Below, piece after piece: positions 11,799 through 23,900 of a stretch of 64,000 nucleotides of DNA. Position numbers and translations under genes: made by a program. The notes under the pieces are model-generated. The model made no database searches and was not told the origin of the DNA. It saw only the letters and a list, made by a program, of their open reading frames with translations. This stretch comes from Diplonema japonicum (lineage: Eukaryota > Protista > Euglenozoa: Diplonemea), in the NCBI GenBank assembly GCA_964019335.1, contig OZ025653.1, positions 434,001-498,000 of the forward strand. Reading direction: 5' to 3'. Each line of letters starts with the position of its first letter. The first letter of the stretch is position 1.

Positions 11799-12794
11799 TC
11801 ATTCGGTGAGGACCTTCTTGAACTTGACAGCAGCCGAAATAGCAGAAGCAGTGGAGCTTAAAGACGAGAGTCTTCTGTGGTTGCTCCGTTTTTCCATCCG
11901 TTCGGCGAGATGCTCGGCAAGGTTTCCCCGTTTGTCTTTTATAGAGGGGTCGGCGCCTGCTTTGAGAAGGCATTCGATGACTTCGCTGCAGGCTCTGTGA
12001 GCGGCTACGTGTAGGGCTGTGGCTCCCTTTTCGTCAGCAGAGTTAACCTTGCAGGCATTCTCTGCTAAGAGTGCTTTGATGCAATGCCTGTTGTTCGTGT
12101 GCGCGGCAACGTGTAAAGGCGTGATTCCCTTGATATCACTGACACCCACTGCAACGCCTTTTTCTAACATCCAATCGACAATCTCATCGTGAGCACCTTC
12201 AAGGCAGAAGAACAATGGTGTCCGGCCGTCTTTATCCACTGCCTCAAGCTCTTCGGGGGTCGTTTCGTAGATCAGCTTCACCATGTTGAGGTTCCCTGTG
12301 GCAGCTGCGTGGTGCAGAGCCGTGCGGTCCCTCACGTCGGACACCTGCGACGCTCTCCTTTCACCGCTCAACCGTTTGGCGAAGGCTTCATAATCACCCA
12401 CTTTCACGAGTTGCAGTGTTTCCTCCTCCCACCGCTGGTCCTCTAATAGTGATGTTGACCTGCTGTTCTTCCTCTCCCTCTCTGTGAACGAATCGGACTT
12501 TTTGAGCATCTCCTTTATCCTATGCACCGACTCCAGCTTCTTTAAAAGCTCCTCGCCTGCATACCCCTCATAACCTCTCTCCACCCACTTTCTTGCCAGC
12601 TGCGACTCTTTGCTCCCACATGTTTCCACAGGGCCACACTCTGCCTCGATCAGCAGCAGTTCGTCTTCCTCTTCCTGTGTGGGATTTTATGGGGAATTCT
12701 TTTTTTTTTTTGTGTTGGCGCATACCCTTGTCCACATTCTGAATGTCGACTTCCTCCTCAACCTGGGCCCTTCTTCGAAAGGTGTGAAACTCAT
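11799..12794 (-). CDS. Ankyrin-repeat protein (1 intron)
   Basis: Exon 1 MSFTPFEEG...MWTR, intron 12725-12675 (51 nt, GTATG...CAG), then in-frame ankyrin repeats (TALHHAA, TPLFFC, TPLHVAA, TALHVAA). Confidence 0.88.
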
Positions 12795-12869
12795 TTTTTT
12801 TTTTTTTTACCCTCCTTCTCTTTCTGTGTCCTGTGGGGGTCTTCTTGGTCGGTAAAGATATCCGTGTGC

Positions 12870-13972
12870 TCAAACAAGAACGGGCGTCATGCACAGAACA
12901 TTGTTCCCAAGATTGAATTGCCCGTCCAAGGTGAGACCACCTTGGATAGGGTCGGCATTTACTTTGAGGATGGGTGCGTCTGTGCATTTGAAGTGGTGAG
13001 GGTGCCACGAGGGGAGGAAGCAGGTACTGATGAATAAGGTTTCAGGAGATGCAAGAGTGATGGCAGCTGGGCCGAGGTCCGGGGCGGAAGGGAGCACCAA
13101 GCGCCCGACGAGCACAGGGTGCGTGGGGGTTGTCACGTCATACTGGCGGATGTCGCCGTGCAGCCAGTTTGCCTGAAGCGAAGGTTTACCGTGGAGCTTG
13201 TACATACCAAATACAGCAGCCTGTCGTCCTTTGACAGGGCCAACCCTGTGGTCATCCCGTCGGTCTTCACACCAAGCCTGTCCCGCTTGGGGATATGGAT
13301 CACCTTGTCGCCTTCGAACCCCTTCTGCCCTATTGTGAAGTAGAACACTGTCGTTGCAGGTGAGCATGATGTGTACCCCCGCACACCCTCTCCGTGGTGG
13401 AAGAGCGTCACTGCTGACGGTGCAACGCCCTCCAGCCCAAGGTCGTGCTCGACGGGCTGTGCCTTGGTGACGGTGTCCCACAAGTAGAGGTACGAGCCGT
13501 ATTTCCCTTCTGCCGCGTGTTTCCGGTGGAAGCCATGGGGCCAGGCAGTGGCATCGGCCCAGGAAGTGCTGACAACATGATGTTCCCTGCACACCAAAGC
13601 ACCAGGCAGCAGGGCGTCCTGGCTTGTAACAAATGCTTCAGCTTTAAAGTTTGGTGGGGCAACATGCATAATCCCACTCTTCACAGACACAAAAACACCG
13701 TTGTCTCCAGCAGTACAGCATCCCCACGGCTCCACCAGCCCCTCCACGACCCTCGACAGCGACAGTCCTCCTTCCTTCTCCAACTCCAACACATATATCC
13801 GTCCCATCTTCAGCCCTGGCAGGTACAAGTACTGCCCGACAATTACGCCTTCTTTAATCTCGTCTCCCTGACTTGTTTCCAGCTGGCACCGCTCTGTTTC
13901 ATGACCTTCGCCATCGCACACTGTCACCCACCACTTGCCATCACCTCCTACACATGGCACACACAGCCTCAT
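12870..13972 (-). CDS. Divergent SBP56 / selenium-binding protein (methanethiol oxidase family) homologue (1 intron)
   Basis: Intron 13207-13173 (35 nt) joins LSKDDRLLYL|ANWLHGDIRQYDV, a hallmark SBP56 segment; also YGSYLYLWD and GGLTLD. Confidence 0.8.
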
Positions 13973-14081
13973 GATGCTTTACTGTCCGAGGCTGCTGCCT
14001 GAATGACAACCCATACCAGCGACCGGACGGCAGGACAAGCGAAAAATAAAATAAAAATAGAAATGATAAAGACGGCACTAA

Positions 14082-15892
14082 CTAGAAACCTAGAAGGTCC
14101 ATCCCTAAACGGTGCTGGGGTACCTGCAGGGTGGGGGTGTCTGTTGTGTGGAATGCCGCATACTTTGGTGGGGTTGTTCATGAACTGGTTGAAGTCGGGG
14201 TTCTCGTAGGGACTCATGTAGAACTTGTCCTCGAAGAGGGAGTTGTTACGGAGTGTCTTGTACTTCGAGGGCTTCTTTCTGCCAAGGATGATGTCCCAAT
14301 CACCGGGGTGCGTGTAGTCAGTTTTGGAGAGGTAAATGTCAATGAAGTCTTTGTCACGGCTGGGCCAGTCAGGCTCAGTGGAGGGTACCTGCAAGGGGTA
14401 TACGTTTTTACTCTGAAATTTCACATACCGGTGAATTGAGGGACGGGTCTTCCCACAGCTGCTGTCTCTTGTAGTACGGGAAGTGCTGGTAGTTCTCCTC
14501 CCAGTCCATCGGCAGCTCCGATTCATCTACTTTGTATGGCCACGAACCATGTTCTTTCGCCCTTGCTTCCCTCCATGGTATCCTAGGTACGTAGTAGACA
14601 GGTCGCTCCCAACTCCATCCTTTGAAGTCGTTGGTCCCTAGAACATGTGCCTGGTACTCTAAATGTTCCCTCCCAGGTGGCAGTGTACCCCACATGAACT
14701 TTGATTCTTCTCTCTCTGCTTGAACTTCCTCCACAACGGTTCGTATCTCTTCCTCCTCTTCGCCTAGTCGCATCTGTTCCATGTACTTTTCTACCTCCTT
14801 TTTTTCCATTTTCGCCTTGAACCGTTTTTCCTTTTCCTTCCCGGACAGTTTTTTCTTCTTTTTCTTTTTTTTCTTTTCGGCGTCGGGTGTTTCGGTTGGC
14901 TGGACCGCGGCTTCGATCTGCCTCACGGTGTCGGGTTGTTGTAGCAGTGTCTGAGCTTCCTCCTTCGCGGTGTGGTGTTCAGTGATGCGTTCGATCCGCT
15001 TAGTTTCATGGCGTTCGAAGGCTTTCCATTCTTCTGCAGACTCCTCGACAAGACCTTCCATCAAGTCTTTCCGTAGCTTAGCGAGGCTGTCGAGGTAGGT
15101 GTGGAAGAGGTGCCGGCCACGCAAACGAAGGTAGTTGTATTCCGGTTTCAACTTCGCATCGTCTTCTGCCTCAATTTCTGTGAGCCGAGTCTGCATGCCA
15201 TCGAGGCTTATTTTGTTCTCCAGTAACTCTGCAAGACGTGTTTTGTCATAAGGGTTGTCACCACGTTCCCAAGGTGTGACGGACTTGTTAAGAGAAGAGC
15301 GGAGCACGAAGGCGAGGCTGTCAGCATCAAGCTCGTCCTTTGCTTCTACGTATGAAGGAGCTTTGCCCCATAGGCGGAGTTTGTCTTCAGGAGATAGGTG
15401 GTCTACAGGTACATTCGTCTTCATTTCTGAATCCAGCAGCGTCCCTCCATCTGCAAGGACTTGCTTTGCTTCCCACAATCGCATTACGTTCTTCCCTCTC
15501 ACCTCGCCTTCTGGCATCTCCGACCATTTGCTCCTGTTCCTCAGGAGCTCCTTCGCCTCGCTTTTCTTTTTCTTGTTTCCCAATGCTTGCACCACTTCAG
15601 CGTTGGCCAAAACGTGCTTTAAACCCTCGGCCCCCTCCCCATCCCTCTCCAAATGCGCCATGTCGAGCTCCTTAACTGGGTGCGTCTCGTCCAGCAGCGT
15701 TTCCATCTCCCGCACCTTCTTCGACCGTTTCTTACCTTTCCTGTTTTTTTTTTTTTTTTGTTTTCTTTTTTCCCGTTAAATTTCATACTTCTCGGGGTAC
15801 AAATGCTCCAGCTGCTTGCTTAGCCTCTTCCGTATCTCATCTGGCAGCTCATAAGGCCGAGCGCCCTGCCACAGGCACAGGCTGCGTCTCAT
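14082..15892 (-). CDS. Uncharacterised protein, likely mitochondrial (3 introns)
   Basis: Starts MRRSLCLWQ; introns 15788-15741, 14428-14389 and 14163-14124 (all GTATG...CAG) give one frame ending VPQHRLGMDLLGF*. Confidence 0.75.
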
Positions 15893-15916
15893 GGGCCTCC
15901 TTTTATGGTTGTATTG

Positions 15917-16010
15917 CTGGGGGAAAACAAAGAGAAAACAAATACGAAATACAAAAAAAATGTAAGATGGGGTTTTAAAAAAGGAAGGAAAAAAAAAAAA
16001 AAGAAAGTAT
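15917..16010 (-). promoter_or_regulatory. Poly(pyrimidine) tract plus CAG, candidate SL trans-splice acceptor
   Basis: Minus strand TTTGTTTTCTCTTTGTTTTCCCCCAG ends 24 nt upstream of ATG 15892, inside a 127-nt intergenic gap with no upstream exon to join. Confidence 0.55.
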
Positions 16011-16019
16011 GTATCATCG

Positions 16020-16895
16020 TCAAAGGGCGGAGCGTGCGAAGTCAGTGCCGACGACCATGAAGAGGGTGGCCCAGCAGGAGAGGAGGATTCTGTCGCGGAG
16101 GCCGCGGGTGAAGCCAGCGAGACCACGTGCGGCGTAGATCTCATGCGCGACTGAGAAGGCAGATTTTCTGTCTCCGACGCGGGACTGCATGGTGACAGAT
16201 ACCACGTCAAAGGGGTGGTTCCAACAGCTGAAGACACCCCCTGCGAGGGAGCACAGCCCCCGGTCTGTCAAGGTAAGTGAACATGTCCCAGAACCCTTTG
16301 ACCGAGATTCGCAAATTCTCTCCTCCAACGCCCGTGCCATACCAAACCGGCTTCCCCAGTTCGTGACCTGCCTCATAAGCAACGGGCCAGAGCCTTTGTA
16401 CACGGTGGAAAGACCTTCTTTTTCAATCAGTCTTTTTACGTTGCTCATAACGCTGGTTCCCCCGCCCACCCGCGTCATTTCGCTTACTTTCATCCTGATG
16501 ATCGGGACGAGGCACACCCCCTGCGCAGTGCCAGCAGCCATTCCTCCAATAACATGCGAGCCGAGGTACGCTTGCCTATCAGTCACGTTTGATTTCAGTA
16601 GAATTTTTTTCACGTTAGTCTGCACCTTGTGGTTGGTGTAGACAAGGACGCCACCTGTGAGGGATTCGATGCAGCCCCAAGGATAGAACCCAGCATAGAC
16701 ACCTCGAAGGCCTCCTTGGGAATGGACCTTCTGTAAGACGTCGAGCATGCTTCCCTCAGCCCCAACCGCTCTCCGGGTTTTGATGACTTCGATAGGCTGG
16801 CCCAAGGAGAGGGTCATCATGATTTCACACACTACCCCGATCCCGAAGTCGCGCCAATTGGCCTGCTTCGCATTTTGTGTCACGTGTAGGTGCAT
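16020..16895 (-). CDS. YHM2: Mitochondrial carrier, Yhm2-like (citrate/oxoglutarate carrier)
   Basis: 291 aa; GQPIEVIKT, RQVTNWGSRFG and WNHPFDVV resemble the Yhm2 subfamily. Confidence 0.8.
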   Translation of the reverse strand: MHLHVTQNAKQANWRDFGIGVVCEIMMTLSLGQPIEVIKTRRAVGAEGSMLDVLQKVHSQGGLRGVYAGFYPWGCIESLTGGVLVYTNHKVQTNVKKILLKSNVTDRQAYLGSHVIGGMAAGTAQGVCLVPIIRMKVSEMTRVGGGTSVMSNVKRLIEKEGLSTVYKGSGPLLMRQVTNWGSRFGMARALEERICESRSKGSGTCSLTLTDRGLCSLAGGVFSCWNHPFDVVSVTMQSRVGDRKSAFSVAHEIYAARGLAGFTRGLRDRILLSCWATLFMVVGTDFARSAL

Positions 16896-16961
16896 TCTGT
16901 TGGTTTAAGCATATTTTAAAAAAAAATGGGGGAACAAAAGAAGAAAAAAAACGAATTCAAG

Positions 16962-16963
<2 letters not shown>

Positions 16964-16992
<29 letters not shown>
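16964..16992. repeat. (TG)n microsatellite
   Basis: About 14 GT/TG units read directly. Confidence 0.9.
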
Positions 16993-17672
16993 CATTTGTT
17001 TCTTCTTCTAAAAAATCTCAAAGCCAATGAGGAGGGGGGAGGGGGGTTCAGAAGGAGAGGGGGAAGAGTGGCAAGGCCAAATGTATACCTTGTTTTTCTT
17101 TGTTTTATCTTTTTTTTTTTTTTTCTCTCCTCATTTCTTTTTTTTGGGGGGGTGGAGAAGAAAAAAGATTTCAGGCAAAATAATTGGTGAAATGGAAGAA
17201 AACAGAAGAAAAACGTTCACGACTCAGACACGCTGCAGGAATCCTGAAAGGGGCCTTGAGTAGTACAAAAAACATGGGAAAAAATCGGAGACGGGCCGAA
17301 ATTCTGCCTCATCAAGTTAAAGAGATGTCCAACCACAAGCGCATCAAATCTCCCAACTATTTTGATAGAGAAGAAAAAAAAAAGGGGGCATGGGGAGAAG
17401 GAGAGAAGAGGACCCTCTTATTCTGAACTACAGCGAACAGTGGCCAGCCTCCTTGCAGGCCGGAGTACTGTTTCCCAGCCCCACCTCCCCCGCGCCTTTA
17501 CATAAAAATGGATGAATGCAGTCCGATTGTCATGTCCTTGATACAAAGTATAGAGATGAAGGAGTGACCTCGGCCGAGCTGTAGCTTCAAAGTCTGATGT
17601 ACTGTATATCCCCATGTAATCCCCACCACCTTGAGCAAAAAAAAAAAAAAAAAAAAAAAAAGAAAAAAAGAG

Positions 17673-17790
17673 GAACTGGCCGTTGTTTGTACGTGCCGGG
17701 TAAAACCTGGAGAAGTTTGTCACACCGAAACACGTTTGCCAACGTTCCCCTTTTTGTTTAGACAAAGTCAAAGACTCGTTCTTGCATAAA
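17673..17790 (-). repeat. Copy 2 of the ~118-nt dispersed repeat
   Basis: 114/118 identical to 41992-42109 by manual alignment. Confidence 0.95.
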
Positions 17791-17970
17791 AAGAAAAAGA
17801 AAACCCATTCTTTGAATGCGTTTTTTCTTTTTTTCTTTTTTCTTTGCGCTCACCGGCCGAAGAAAAAAAGAGGGTGGGGATGTGAAAAACCCAAACAGAT
17901 GAATTGGATGAAGGAAAAATATAAAAAAAAAAAAAATAAATAAAAAAAAAAGGGGGAAAGGTAGCTAGAA

Positions 17971-19468
17971 TCACGTGAAAAGATCGTCAAGGGTGACGGG
18001 TTTCGCAGGGGCTGCCGGGTCGGTCTGGGCAGGAGCATTCCAAATCTGTCAGTTTTTTTTCACCCCTTCCTTTTTATTTAAATTCCCCACATACATCGTC
18101 TATAGTAGTCGTCTGCTGCATTGGCTGCTGCGAATGGGCGAAGGGCTGCTGTTGCTGCCGTTGCTGAGCAAGCGGCTGCTGCGAATGGGCGAAGGGTTGT
18201 TGTTGCTGAGCCGCCGGCTGCTGCGGGAAGAGCTGCTGTTCCTGAACCGGCTGCTGTTGAAAGAGTTGCTCTACAGGCTGAGAGGTGAGGAGTTGCTGGT
18301 GGTTGGTTTCAAAAAGATCCTGATCCGGCTGGCTGGATCGCGTCTGGAAGAGATCTTGCTCCGACTGATTAGAAGCGAACAACTGAACGCCCTGCGGCTC
18401 AGGGCTGTGCGGCGATGGAGGTCCAGCTGCCGATGCCGCCTCACTGTCCCGCACCACAGTGTTCATAGTACCATTAAGCCCAGGCGAGTACAAATCTTCA
18501 TGGTGCACCTCCTCCGGGAGCACCAGTGGTGCTGTTGCTATTTCGTCTACGTCCGAAGCTACAACGGTAGCTGCACCAGGCGACATGCCGTCCTGCAAAT
18601 ACGACTTAATGCGATCTATAGTAGAGTCAGAAAGAGGTGTGAGGTTCGGGATCTCCTTGGCGATGAAACCCTTCTGCGCCTTGAGCTTTTTGAAGAGGGC
18701 GAGAAGCTTCGTCGAGGAGTCCATGAATAGCATGTAGGTTTCAAGAGCAATCTCACGCTCTTCCGGCGAGAGAGACGCAGCACGGTCCAGCAGCCATAGG
18801 CATCTTTTCGACAACAACACATACAGCATGATGCTGTCCTGAATAATAAGTTTGAACCCTGCCATGATGCATGGGTTTTCCGCCCACATCGGTGCCCTGG
18901 TGAGGTTTGCCTCCGCCAGTACCTGCAGCTGCAGTGTGTACGCCTTCGTTGCCTGCAAGGCTTGCATCACGGTAAGCGTATCGAGCTCTGCAACAAGCTG
19001 CTTTGTCTTTTCAAGCTTTTGCGTGCAACCAGATTGCAGCACAGCCATGCACCTCTCTTCCATGTATCTTGAGTATAGTTTGATGAATTGGTACTCGATG
19101 CCTTCGCCTTCTTTGAGCTGAGAGACGTGGAACAACCCACTGTGCTTTGCAATGGACATCCCCATGTCCAGCGACCCAGATTTCAAGAGGGTGTGCAGTG
19201 TGACTAGAGCTTTCAGCACTACGATGCTTTCATAGCAATGAAGCCTTTTTTCCATGTCGTTCACAAGTTCGCTCAGGTTAACGTTTTCGTAGTGTCCGTA
19301 CGAGGCGGCCACCAGCCTGTCCATGTGCTTCTTGTTCGGCGGCTTCATCTTATGGCTGGTCGTCTTTAGAATGGCTCTCTGCACCTCGTCCGACATCACC
19401 CTCGTCTTCGCGATCAGCACCTTGTCCTTCAGGTACCCGCCTGTCTTTTTAGCTTCTGCAGTTGACAT
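17971..19468 (-). CDS. ANTH-domain clathrin assembly protein (AP180/CALM-like; 1 intron)
   Basis: AILKTTSHKMKPPNKKH, VVLKALVTLHTLL and FIKLYSRYMEER are ANTH motifs; Q-rich tail with DLF motifs and a duplicated QQQQPFAHSQQP; intron 18094-18046 adds IWNAP...TLDDLFT*. Confidence 0.88.
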
Positions 19469-19642
19469 TTTTTTTTATCCCCTCCTCTCCCTTTTTTTTT
19501 TTTTTTCTTTTTAGCTTTTTTACAAAAAGAAGAAAAAAAAAAAACACACAAGAAAATAACTAAGACTTGGAAAGAAAGAAAAATAAATGGGGGGGGACAA
19601 AGGGGAGAGAAGACAAAAAAAAAAGAAAAAGAAACACTGCTT

Positions 19643-19967
19643 TTAGTGGTGAATAGGTTGTTTAACCTTCCGTGTTACAGGAGTAGTTGTTGTCATTGAC
19701 TTCCGTGTGCGCTGTACGGGAGATTGCGACGGTCGGCCCGCCTTCTGAGGGGGGCTTTGGGTGCCCGTAAGGGCGTTGTGGTCTTGCAGCTTCGGGATAA
19801 CTTTTTCCATGTACAGGCTGCGTAGCCTGTTCAGCTTTCTCTGAGCCTCCTGGAACGCTAAGTGGTAGCCATCGCACCTCCCACGGAGCTCCACGATCTC
19901 TGATTGCATTGCAAGAAAGATTTCTTGTGTGTCGTCGTCACATCCTCTATTAAAAAAAAAAAAGAAT

Positions 19968-20008
<41 letters not shown>

Positions 20009-20163
20009 CCCACATACCCAAACGGCTTGCATCGATACTCATCTACCTCACCCTGTAACCTTTTCAACTCCGTCTTGTCAGCTCTCAGCGCCTCCAGTGC
20101 TTCCAGCTCAGCCTCTAAGTCTTCATGTTCTCGCCTTAGTACGTCTATCGCGTCAGCACCCAT
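19643..20163 (-). CDS. Small coiled-coil protein (1 intron)
   Basis: Intron 20017-19947 (71 nt, GTATGT...TAG) joins ...CKPFG|GCDDDTQEIF... in frame. Confidence 0.7.
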
Positions 20164-20354
20164 ACCATCCTAGGTGAGAGGTAAGAGAGTTGTGAAGGTA
20201 GGGGATGAAAACAAATATGAAAAGGGGGCTTTAAAAAAAAAAAATATCAGTGCCTTTTGCCAGTATGAAGATGGATGCATCCTACAAATAAAGGTAAAAA
20301 ATAAAAAGAAAATGCCACGTGCCGCACTGCAATCAACCTCCCAGGAAAAACCTC

Positions 20355-20387
<33 letters not shown>

Positions 20388-20993
20388 CAAAAAATGAAAA
20401 GGAAAAATAGGGGGGGTCATACATTGGAAGGCGAGAGGGTGGAGGGAAAAACCTCTCTCTTTTTTTTTTTTTTTGTTATTCTTTTTTTTTCCCTTTCCCA
20501 TTTTTTTCTTTTTTTTTTTTGCGGTTGTCTTTCTCCATTTTAAGAAGGATAAAACAAAACCCAGGCTTTTTTTCATCAGACTATACCTTCCACCTCATAC
20601 TTTTCTTCTTTTATTTCTTCACTTTTTCCCCCCCTCGAAAAAGAAGAAGCTTGAGGAAATGGTATATCTGTAAACAAAAATGGACCTTTGGAAAAGAAAT
20701 CTTCCAAGGGAGGCAAAAAAGGGGTGGGGTGGAGAAGGGGGGAAGCGAGGGTTTCTTTATGGTTGGTTTTCCCCTCTTTCTTACCTCCAACCCTTTTGGG
20801 TGCCCTATTGGAATTCTCTTTTTTTCTTCTTTTTTTTTTTTGTTTCCTCTAAAATTTAAATATAAAAAAAATATAACATAACAAACCGGTTCAGGTGGAA
20901 TAACATTATGAGGGATGGGGAGGGGGGAAGGAGGAGAAATCTTTTTCTTGTTAACTCCGTTTTTTCGCATTTTTTTTTTTCTTTTTTTGCAAC

Positions 20994-23900
20994 TCATAGT
21001 TCAATATTACGCCAACACTTAGAGCATCGTGTGCAGAAACCTTTGCCTCGTGGGCTGGCAGGCGGCCGCTGGAACGGTAAACATGTACAGGAATTTGGGT
21101 TTTTGGGAGATCGCAAGGGCGATGGAACAGATGGGAAGAGAGATGGTTCAAAAGACTTGCTGGGAGATGCCCGTGACCTGAAGGGCTGATTGTGTGGTTG
21201 TGGGCTAGTGGACGTCCGTTGGGGCGAAGACAAGGGCGTGCCGACACCACCAATGAAGCCAGCAGGGAAGGTGAGCGATGCTGGGGCAAGCTTGGGCACA
21301 GTACGTACCCGCCTCCACAGCTCCCACCTATGCATCCACTTGCGCATAAGGGTCACTTTCTGGTGCCGCCTCATCATCATGATTGTGGATACTAGTGTCC
21401 TTGTAAGCCTTTCTCGCAGTGCCCTCTCACTTTCTTGATGCACCTCTTCCGTCCTCACCAGGATGGGCCAGTTCCTCGCCACTTCTTCTCTTTTTCTCTC
21501 CCAGGCGTCTAGCCTGCTGCTGTCCTCCGCTTCAAACACAATGATACACCGTGCGTCGATCAGCGTTGCACACGCAACACCTGCGCATGCTGCAGCCACC
21601 GTCAGCACGCACTGCACCACTTCTTTGTTCGCAACGAAGTTGTTCACAAGCAATACACGCAAATCGTGAATCGAGCTGAAATCACTCCCCGTGTACTGTT
21701 GTTCTTCTGCTGCACTGTGAAAACCTGTGTCCTCAAATGTTGTCTGGCACCCCGTGTCACTGAGCCGCACCCTTCGAAAGGACTTCCCAGCCGACATGGG
21801 AGTCATGGGCGTGCCTGGCTCTGACAGTTCGCTGCCGTAATCACCGCTAGGTGGCGACTTCTGCCCGTCGGACATCGGGGATCCATTCGTATAGGTGCTG
21901 CCACTGAGTAATGGTGAGGTTGGCTTAGCAGAGTCATACAAATGCGGCAACGGGGAGCTGGATGTCATCTCCGACCCGCTCCTGCTGTTCCGCCGTGCGT
22001 TCAGAGCGTTCATCTCCAGAGTTTCGAGGCGCATCTGCTCTGCTTGCTGCTTCATTTTCCGCTTCTCCAACTCCAGCTTCCTCTGGCTGTTCTGCAGCCT
22101 TCTTGCATGTGCAGCCAGCGAAGCGCTTTCATTCTGCGATTGTTCCAACAAAGATGTGAGGTGGTGTCTCAGCAGCCCACTGTACCCCCACGCAGCCTCA
22201 GCATCGATCAGCGATCGTTCTGACTGCTCTTCAAGGGCAAGCCGAGCGCACTCAGCAGTCGTTTCAGAAAGATCATCTTCCAAAGATGCAAACAGTTGCA
22301 GCCATTTGTTTCGTTCAGGGGTGGTTCTGCACCTTACTTCGTACCCGTCCAGCTTGATGCCGTACTCGCCATTCGGTGTCTGTAAAGTGTGAGGTGACAG
22401 GCGGCATACCGGGCGGTCGTCCAACAGCGTGAGGTCGACCTTGTCCTTCTCCTCGTACCTGATGAACTGCTCCTTCAGCAGCATGAAGGTGTCCACTTTG
22501 CGGATCCCATCCCGTCTGTGCTGGAATGTGCCAAGATATGCCTGAGGGGGGCTGAAGTCGCTCTTTTCGAGGGCACGGAGAAGCTGGACGTGGCGTTCTT
22601 TCCGTGGGCTGCTTTCGCGTGATGGCAAGAGGGGTGAGCCTGTAAGAGATGATAACGGGGAGCCAGAGGGGGAGTCCACAAGGATGCCCAGTGCTGTGTT
22701 TGAAACAGTGTTGGCGTAGGTCAGCAGCGAGTCTTCACAGCTCTCACTCGCTATTGCAGCTGCCAGTGCTGTAACGCAGTAAGGGAGCAGAGCGAAAGCC
22801 TTCATTTTGTTAGTCAAATCGAACATGCCCTGCAGCTGCACCGTGCCCTCACCATCACCGCCCTCTAGAGAAGCACCAGACTTCCACATGTCGCTCAAAA
22901 CACGTATGGAGGAGCTGCTGCCCCACTCGGGGAAGGGCGGTAACATTTCAAGCAAATGAACTGTCGCGGTGCCCACGCTGCCATGCGTGGAGTCGACGAC
23001 CTCCAACTCGATTGTCGGGAAGGTGTCTCGGGATATCCTGAAAGGCTGGAAGCTCGAAGGGACACGCCACATGGCAGTCGAGTTGACGATGGTGGTCAGC
23101 TCTGTTTGTTGTGTGAAGGTGCCAACAGTGATCTTGCACCGGACCTGGTCGCTGAAGCTGTCATCGCCCAGCACAATGCCCGCAGCGCGGAGGCGGGATA
23201 TCCTGAGGTACCCTGTGACCTCTCTGCCAGAAGCACCACGTTTTCTCGGAGCGTGTTGGGAAGGAAAGGAGAAATCGATAGAGAATGTCTCTTCGGGGGA
23301 ACCAGGGGGGGACAGGAGGGAAGACGGCCCCGCCGCTGGGGACAGCACCAAGGGGGTTTTAGCAGGTGAATACCGCCCAGGAAGGGCATTCACGGATGGG
23401 GAAACAGGCGCCTTGTGAGGAGACATAGGGCCCCGGAGGGGGGAATAAACTGGTGAGACGCACATCCCCCGCAGAGCAGAGACACTAGGACTCCCTGCTA
23501 CGTATTCGAAAAATGAAAGCTCGACAGACAACTCCCTCTTGTAAAGGTCATTGGACTTATCCTTCACCGCTTTATCGATTTCGTCTTTCACAAGACAAAC
23601 CTTCATGTTGTTGGTGTCCCATCCTTCGACGTCCAGGTTGACCCAGAACATAAACAGCGTTTCGTCGCTCCCGATGACCTTGCTCTTCTTCACCTTGTAG
23701 AGAACATCCCCAGAGCACACCACGTTGATATGCGAAGAGGTGAGGTCGAAGTGGTACCCCGTGTCCCTGTGGGCGGACTTCGACGAGAAGTCGCGTCTCG
23801 AATCGTAGATTTCTTTCTTGTTGTCCTTTTCGCCGAGTGTTACTGTGAAGTACAGGTCGATTTTGTCTTTCAAAGCGAAGATTCGAAGGTAGTCCAATGT

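Noticed and set aside
17673-17790. Hammerhead ribozyme (CTGGAGA...CGAAAC on the plus strand)
   Set aside because: The core deviates from CUGANGA, stem II cannot form and there is no valid NUH pairing. The 53520-53697 island also fails, at stem I.
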